From Deinococcales bacterium (GTDB taxonomy: Bacteria; Deinococcota; Deinococci; Deinococcales; JAAFIG01): 64,000 nt of DNA. This document shows positions 59,413 to 64,000 of this stretch, piece by piece. The stretch spans positions 31,538 through 95,537 of the forward strand of contig JAYWGM010000041.1 in NCBI GenBank assembly GCA_043778225.1, written 5' to 3'. The position numbers and the translations under genes were made by a program. The notes under the pieces were generated by a model that was not told the origin of the DNA, searched no databases, and was given only the letters and a program-made list of their open reading frames with translations. Each line of letters starts with the position of its first letter. The first letter of the stretch is position 1.

Positions 59413-60348
59413 ATGGAACAGCGTCAATTGGGCAATTCTGGCTTAAAAGTGTCTTTGGTTGGTATTGGTTGCAATAATTTTGGTGGTCGCGCCGACGCAG
59501 CCCAGTCTAAAATTGTGATTCGTAAAGCCCTCGATTTGGGGATTACGCTGTTTGATACCGCCGATGTCTACGGTGGCAAGGGCGGCTCAGAAACAATTCT
59601 TGGCGATTACCTTGGCTCTGAACGGCAAAACATTGTCTTAGCCACCAAATTTGGCTGGGATATGTCCGAAACCGACAAAGGTGCATCGCGGCGCTATATC
59701 TTAAAAGCTGTCCATGCCAGCTTAAAACGCCTTAAAACCGATTATATCGACCTGTACCAATTGCACACCCCAGACTCGAGTACCCCAATAGCCGAAACGC
59801 TTTCAACCCTCAACGACTTGGTGCGGGCTGGCACAGTGCGCTACATCGGTTGCTCGAATCTTAAATCTTGGCAAGTGGTCGAGGCGGTCTATATTGCCAA
59901 AGAACTTGGATTGGAGCATTTTATTTCCTGTCAAGACGAATACAGCTTGGTGATGCGTGATGCCGAACGCGAATTACTGCCCGCAATGCAAAAATATGGA
60001 CTGGGTTTGCTGCCTTATTTTCCGCTTGCCAGTGGTTTACTAAGCGGCAAATACCAACGCGGTGCGCCAATGCCCGACGGCGCACGACTGACCAAATCTC
60101 AAGGGCTTGCCGACCAGTACCTGACCGAAAAAAATTGGGAAATTGTCGAAAAACTCGAGGCTTTTTGCCAAGCCAGAGGTCACACCATCCTCGAGTTGGC
60201 TTTTGGCTGGTTGGCTGCCAATTCTGTCACCTCGAGCATCATTGCTGGGGCAACCAAGCCCGAGCAACTCGAGCAGAATGTGGCGGCGGTCAATTGGAAA
60301 TTAAATCCAAGCGAACTCGGGGAGATAAAACAAATTTTAGGTAACTAA
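59413..60348 (+). CDS. Aldo/keto reductase
   Basis: LGNSGLKVS, FDTADVYG, LATKFG, DYIDLYQLH, PLASGLL. Confidence 0.93.
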   Translation: MEQRQLGNSGLKVSLVGIGCNNFGGRADAAQSKIVIRKALDLGITLFDTADVYGGKGGSETILGDYLGSERQNIVLATKFGWDMSETDKGASRRYILKAVHASLKRLKTDYIDLYQLHTPDSSTPIAETLSTLNDLVRAGTVRYIGCSNLKSWQVVEAVYIAKELGLEHFISCQDEYSLVMRDAERELLPAMQKYGLGLLPYFPLASGLLSGKYQRGAPMPDGARLTKSQGLADQYLTEKNWEIVEKLEAFCQARGHTILELAFGWLAANSVTSSIIAGATKPEQLEQNVAAVNWKLNPSELGEIKQILGN

Positions 60349-60349
60349 A

Positions 60350-61105
60350 TTAAACCAAGGTGATTTTCACACCCGCGTTTTTTAATGCCAGTTGCAAATC
60401 CTTACCAATGCTCGAGTCAATCAGCAGTTCGCTGACGGCGTTTAATTCTGCAATTTGATACGGCGAAACCGCACCAAGTTTTTCGTTGCTGGCAAGGACA
60501 ATGGTCTCCGCCGCAGACTGCATCAAAGCCCGTTTGACATAGGCTTCCTCGAGGTTGCCTGTGGTAAAGCCATGTTGGGCATGAATTGCGGTCACGCCCA
60601 TAAAGTAAGTATCTGCCCGAATACGACCAATGGCTTCTATGGCAACTGCTCCAACACAAACAATTGAGTGCTTAAAGAGTTTGCCGCCAATCAAGACCAC
60701 TTCGATGTTGGGGTGTTGTACCAGTTCGACCGCAATGCTCGGGCTGTGGGTGATGATGGTTGCCTCGAGTTCGCGTGGCAGATAACGCACCAGTTGCGTG
60801 TTGGTTGTGCCACCATCTATAAAAACCACTTGTCGGGGCTGAATCATTTGAGCGGCTTTTTGTCCAAGGGATTTTTTACTTTGACTACCGAGGTTTTCTC
60901 GAGTCGCAAAATTTGCTATGGCTGGCGAGGCTGGCAATGCCCCACCATGAACCCTTTGCAACAGCCCCTCAGCAGCAAGTTCGCGCAAATCACGACGAAT
61001 TGTATCTTCGGATAAGCCAAGTTCGGCGCTGAAATCCTTGGCAATAAATTGCCCGTTGTGGCGAAGCCGCTCGAGAATCAGTTGTTTGCGTTGCGAAGTC
61101 AGCAT
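60350..61105 (-). CDS. DeoR/GlpR family regulator
   Basis: SEDTIRRDLREL, RVHGGA, IDGGTT; start reassigned to MLTSQR (TATAAT 6 nt upstream). Confidence 0.92.
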   Translation of the reverse strand: MLTSQRKQLILERLRHNGQFIAKDFSAELGLSEDTIRRDLRELAAEGLLQRVHGGALPASPAIANFATRENLGSQSKKSLGQKAAQMIQPRQVVFIDGGTTNTQLVRYLPRELEATIITHSPSIAVELVQHPNIEVVLIGGKLFKHSIVCVGAVAIEAIGRIRADTYFMGVTAIHAQHGFTTGNLEEAYVKRALMQSAAETIVLASNEKLGAVSPYQIAELNAVSELLIDSSIGKDLQLALKNAGVKITLV

Positions 61106-61120
61106 GACGAGATTATACAA

Positions 61121-61173
61121 TGTCACGATATTGCACGTTTTTTCTTGACACTGCACGTTTATGCGTGTATGCT
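61121..61173 (+). promoter_or_regulatory. Sigma70-type promoter overlapped by TGCACGTTT direct repeats (putative DeoR sites)
   Basis: TTGACA 61145-61150, 17-bp spacer, TATGCT 61168-61173; TGCACGTTT at 61132 and 61152. Confidence 0.6.
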
Positions 61174-61201
61174 TGAGTAGCCTTTGAGGCAGGGGGTCAA
61201 A

Positions 61202-61570
61202 ATGTCTAAACCGATGCTGATTCTTGTGGCTGGCGCATACCGCTCTGGCACAGATGACAACTCCGAAAAAATGCGTGCCAATCTGGATGTTCTCGAGCAA
61301 GCTGCACTGCAACTTTTTCGGTTAGGACACATTCCAATGATTGGCGAATGGGTTGCTTTACCACTGCTCAAAGTGGCTGGTTCAACACAAGTCGGAGATG
61401 CGCTCTACGAAGAAATTGTTTATCCAGCCGCCAAACGTCTGCTTGAGCATACCCAAGCTGTACTGCGCTTACCAAGTGCTTCCAAAGGCGCAGATAATGA
61501 TGTAAAAATCGCTTTAGGACGTGGTATTCCTGTGTATTACCAACTCGAGGACGTACCAACGTTAGAATAA
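61202..61570 (+). CDS. DUF4406-like protein (nucleoside deoxyribosyltransferase-like fold)
   Basis: ILVAGAYRSGT, GHIPMIGEW, AVLRLP..SKGAD.DV..A..RGIPVY. Confidence 0.6.
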   Translation: MSKPMLILVAGAYRSGTDDNSEKMRANLDVLEQAALQLFRLGHIPMIGEWVALPLLKVAGSTQVGDALYEEIVYPAAKRLLEHTQAVLRLPSASKGADNDVKIALGRGIPVYYQLEDVPTLE

Positions 61571-61574
61571 ATAC

Positions 61575-62333
61575 ATGACTCAACTTGTCGCTCTGATTAC
61601 TGGCGCAGCCCAAGGCATTGGCAAACGTACCGCCGAGGTCTTGGCTGAACGTGGTTTTGCTTTAGTGCTGAACGACCTTCGCCCGACCGAACTCGAGCTT
61701 GGTGTACCGACCCTCGAAGCCACTGGCGATATTTCTAGCGAAGCCACAGTCAAGCGTTTTGCAGCCCAAACTTTAGAACGTTTTGGGCGAATAGATGTGC
61801 TGGTCAACAACGCTGGCATCAGTTGTATTACGCCAGCCGAGGACACGACCCTCGAGCAGTGGCAGCGCGTGATGGAGGTCAACCTGACTGCACCATTTTT
61901 ACTTTGCCGTGAATTTGGCAAAATCATGCTCAAGCAAAAAAGTGGCAGTATTATCAACATCGCCAGTGTGGCGGGGTTGCTGGGCATTAGCGACCGCAGT
62001 GCTTACAACGCCAGTAAACACGGTCTGATTGGTCTGACCCGCACTTTAGCTGCCGAATGGGGCGGGCGCGGTGTGCGGGTCAATGCTGTTTGCCCCGGCT
62101 GGGTTTTGACCGAAATGGATCATGCCGATACGGGCGTTGGCACATACACCCATGGCGACATTACTGGGCGTGTCCCAATGGGGCGTTATGCCACGCCAGA
62201 CGACATTGCTAAGGCGGTGGCATTCTTAGCCGACTCGAGCCAATCTGGGTTTATCAACGGGCAAAGTTTATCGGTAGATGGTGGCTGGGCAAATGATGGC
62301 AGTTGGGAAAGTTTAAGGCTCAAAAAGCGTTAA
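61575..62333 (+). CDS. SDR family oxidoreductase
   Basis: TGAAQGIG, NNAG, YNASK, VDGG. Confidence 0.9.
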   Translation: MTQLVALITGAAQGIGKRTAEVLAERGFALVLNDLRPTELELGVPTLEATGDISSEATVKRFAAQTLERFGRIDVLVNNAGISCITPAEDTTLEQWQRVMEVNLTAPFLLCREFGKIMLKQKSGSIINIASVAGLLGISDRSAYNASKHGLIGLTRTLAAEWGGRGVRVNAVCPGWVLTEMDHADTGVGTYTHGDITGRVPMGRYATPDDIAKAVAFLADSSQSGFINGQSLSVDGGWANDGSWESLRLKKR

Positions 62334-63547
62334 GCCACTCGAGCTTCACGCCGAATGCCGAGGGCTAAAAATCCACCAATCATGGCGGTGATTCCAGCCA
62401 CGGTAAACGCCAAGGCATAATCGCCGTAGTTGTCTCGAGCCACGCCGCCTATCCAAGCTGCCATGGCTGCGCCAAGCTGATGCGCCGCAAAAACCCAGCC
62501 GTAAACAATGCCAACATTTTGTCGCCCAAAAGTTTTGGCAACCAACATCACGGTCGGTGGCACGGTGGCAATATAATCTAAGCCAAACAGCACCGCAAAA
62601 ATGCTTAACCCGCCAAGGTCGTGCATATACGGCAAAAACAATAAGCTGATGCCACGAAAAAAGTAATAAGTCAGCAACAAACGGCGCGGGTCGTAGCGGT
62701 CGGTCAGCCAACCCGAAGCAATCGTGCCGACAAAATTAAATGCCCCCATCAAAGCCACCACCCCCGCCGCCACAGGCTGGGCTAAGCCGTGGTCCACCGC
62801 ATGAGGAATCAGGTGCTGACCAATTAAACCGTTGCTGGTTGCGCCACAAATATAAAAGGTAATTGCCAATAACCAAAAATCGGGGTGAACCAAGGCTTTT
62901 TTCATGATTCCCAAATCGGCTTTTTGTGGCTCGAGCGGCGCATTGGTTGCACCAACTGGTCGCTGCCCAACTTCGGAGGGGTCTGAACGCATCAAAAACA
63001 AGACTGGTACAAGAACAGCAATCGTAATCAGTGCCAACACCAAAGCACTCGAGCGCCAACCCATACTGACTGCCAAGGTCGTTAGAAGCGGATAAAACAC
63101 CAATTGCCCAGCGCTGGTACTTGCGCCAAAAATACCAATCACCAGTCCGCGCCGCTCGACAAACCACCTGTTGGCAATGGTTGCACCCAGCACACTGGCG
63201 ACCAAACCTGTGCCGATGCCTAGCAACAAGCCAAAAAAGAGGTTGAGCTCGAGTTGGGTCTGTAATTGGCTCGAGAGCCACATCGCTAAGGCAGTGATGA
63301 CCAAACTAACCACCGTTACTGCCCGAACCCCAAATTTTGCCATCAGAAAGCCAGAAATTGGACCACCCAAGCCAAATAAAATTAAGCCCAGTCCAGTGGC
63401 TAAAGATAAACTTGCCCTCGACCAACCAGTGTCGCGTTCCATTTCAATCAGCCATGCGCCTGGAGCGCTGCGAGCGCCAGCCGTGACCAGCAGCACCACC
63501 GCCGTGACCGCCACAACAATCCAAGCGTAAGATGAATTACTTTTCAT
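62330..63547 (-). CDS. MFS transporter
   Basis: About 12 hydrophobic segments; RWFVERRG, GWLTDRY; start reassigned to MKSNSS. Confidence 0.88.
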   Translation of the reverse strand: MKSNSSYAWIVVAVTAVVLLVTAGARSAPGAWLIEMERDTGWSRASLSLATGLGLILFGLGGPISGFLMAKFGVRAVTVVSLVITALAMWLSSQLQTQLELNLFFGLLLGIGTGLVASVLGATIANRWFVERRGLVIGIFGASTSAGQLVFYPLLTTLAVSMGWRSSALVLALITIAVLVPVLFLMRSDPSEVGQRPVGATNAPLEPQKADLGIMKKALVHPDFWLLAITFYICGATSNGLIGQHLIPHAVDHGLAQPVAAGVVALMGAFNFVGTIASGWLTDRYDPRRLLLTYYFFRGISLLFLPYMHDLGGLSIFAVLFGLDYIATVPPTVMLVAKTFGRQNVGIVYGWVFAAHQLGAAMAAWIGGVARDNYGDYALAFTVAGITAMIGGFLALGIRREARVA

Positions 63548-63634
63548 CGGTAAATCATACCGCCTTGAATTGGTACAAAAAGGTATTGCTGCAAACCCTC
63601 TAAATCCAAGCTCGATTCTGCTAAACTCGAGCCG

Positions 63635-63850
63635 ATGAAATACCTTGGCGCAATTGGTGAAGTGTTGATTATTCTCGCGCTTGGCATTGGCGTAGGTCTG
63701 GGCTTGGCGTATGGTCAACTACACTTTAAGTGGAATCCACAAGCTGTGCAAATCGGTCTGGTGGCGGTTGGTCTGGCAATAAGTATTTGGGCGTTTTATG
63801 TCTATGCAAAATCAATCAAAGAATTTCACCAATCCCTAGACGACTGGTGA
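63635..63850 (+). CDS. Small two-TM hypothetical membrane protein
   Basis: 71 aa, two hydrophobic segments, TAAACT 7 nt before ATG, downstream hairpin. Confidence 0.55.
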   Translation: MKYLGAIGEVLIILALGIGVGLGLAYGQLHFKWNPQAVQIGLVAVGLAISIWAFYVYAKSIKEFHQSLDDW

Positions 63851-63876
63851 AATTCAAATGATAACCGTGTCACTCA

Positions 63877-63906
63877 AGACCCTCGAGAAAACAACCTCGA
63901 GGGTCT
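63877..63906. terminator. 11-bp stem-loop (possible terminator, no U-tract visible)
   Basis: AGACCCTCGAG-AAAACAAC-CTCGAGGGTCT. Confidence 0.5.
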
Positions 63907-63908
63907 AA

Positions 63909-64000
63909 GAGCGTGTTTATAAAGTGGGTAAAGTCGGTCAGAATTAAGCTGTGAAACAAAAAACCTATACCAGTAGCCTTACCCGTGAACAGTTTAAGCG
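63909..64000 (+). mobile_element. Left end of an IS5-family insertion sequence with the start of its transposase (GTG at 63951)
   Basis: TAA then GAGCGTGTTTATAAAGT end; ORF MKQKTYTSSLTREQFK resembles the IS5-family Y-x-S-x-L-T/S-x-E-Q-W/F N-terminus; truncated by the window. Confidence 0.6.

Overview
Bacterial chromosomal window, most consistent with Deinococcota (inferred from many leaderless-type TANNNT-N5-8-ATG starts, ABC clusters without ATPases, and protein style). Almost the whole window is saturated with the palindrome CTCGAG, several copies per kb. From left to right: (1) a partial acyl-CoA carboxylase beta gene with acuC, acuA, a rhodanese and an M20 peptidase; (2) a putative type II restriction-modification cassette (HTH controller, PD-(D/E)xK nuclease, beta-class methyltransferase); (3) a LacI-regulated catabolic cluster with three tandem-SnoaL proteins, an HpsN-like HisD paralogue, SDR, cupin, HpcH aldolase, sugar ABC importer and PLP lyase; (4) a small defence island with a nucleotidyltransferase gene pair, an AT-rich, CTCGAG-poor three-gene Detocs-type system (kinase-like sensor, REC, REC-PNP) and an orphan Xis-like HTH; (5) housekeeping rarA, tauE-family, fabH and a metallophosphoesterase; (6) a ~27 kb GntR-headed cluster packed with amide hydrolases/peptidases, aminotransferases, sugar-modifying enzymes and a peptide ABC importer, substrate unknown; (7) AKR, DeoR, DUF4406-like, SDR and MFS genes, and the left end of an IS5-family element. 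Intergenic regions hold several REP-like hairpin families. A 34-36 bp micro-element sits inside two unrelated hairpin repeats. All family calls come from motif recognition by eye; no database searches were run.
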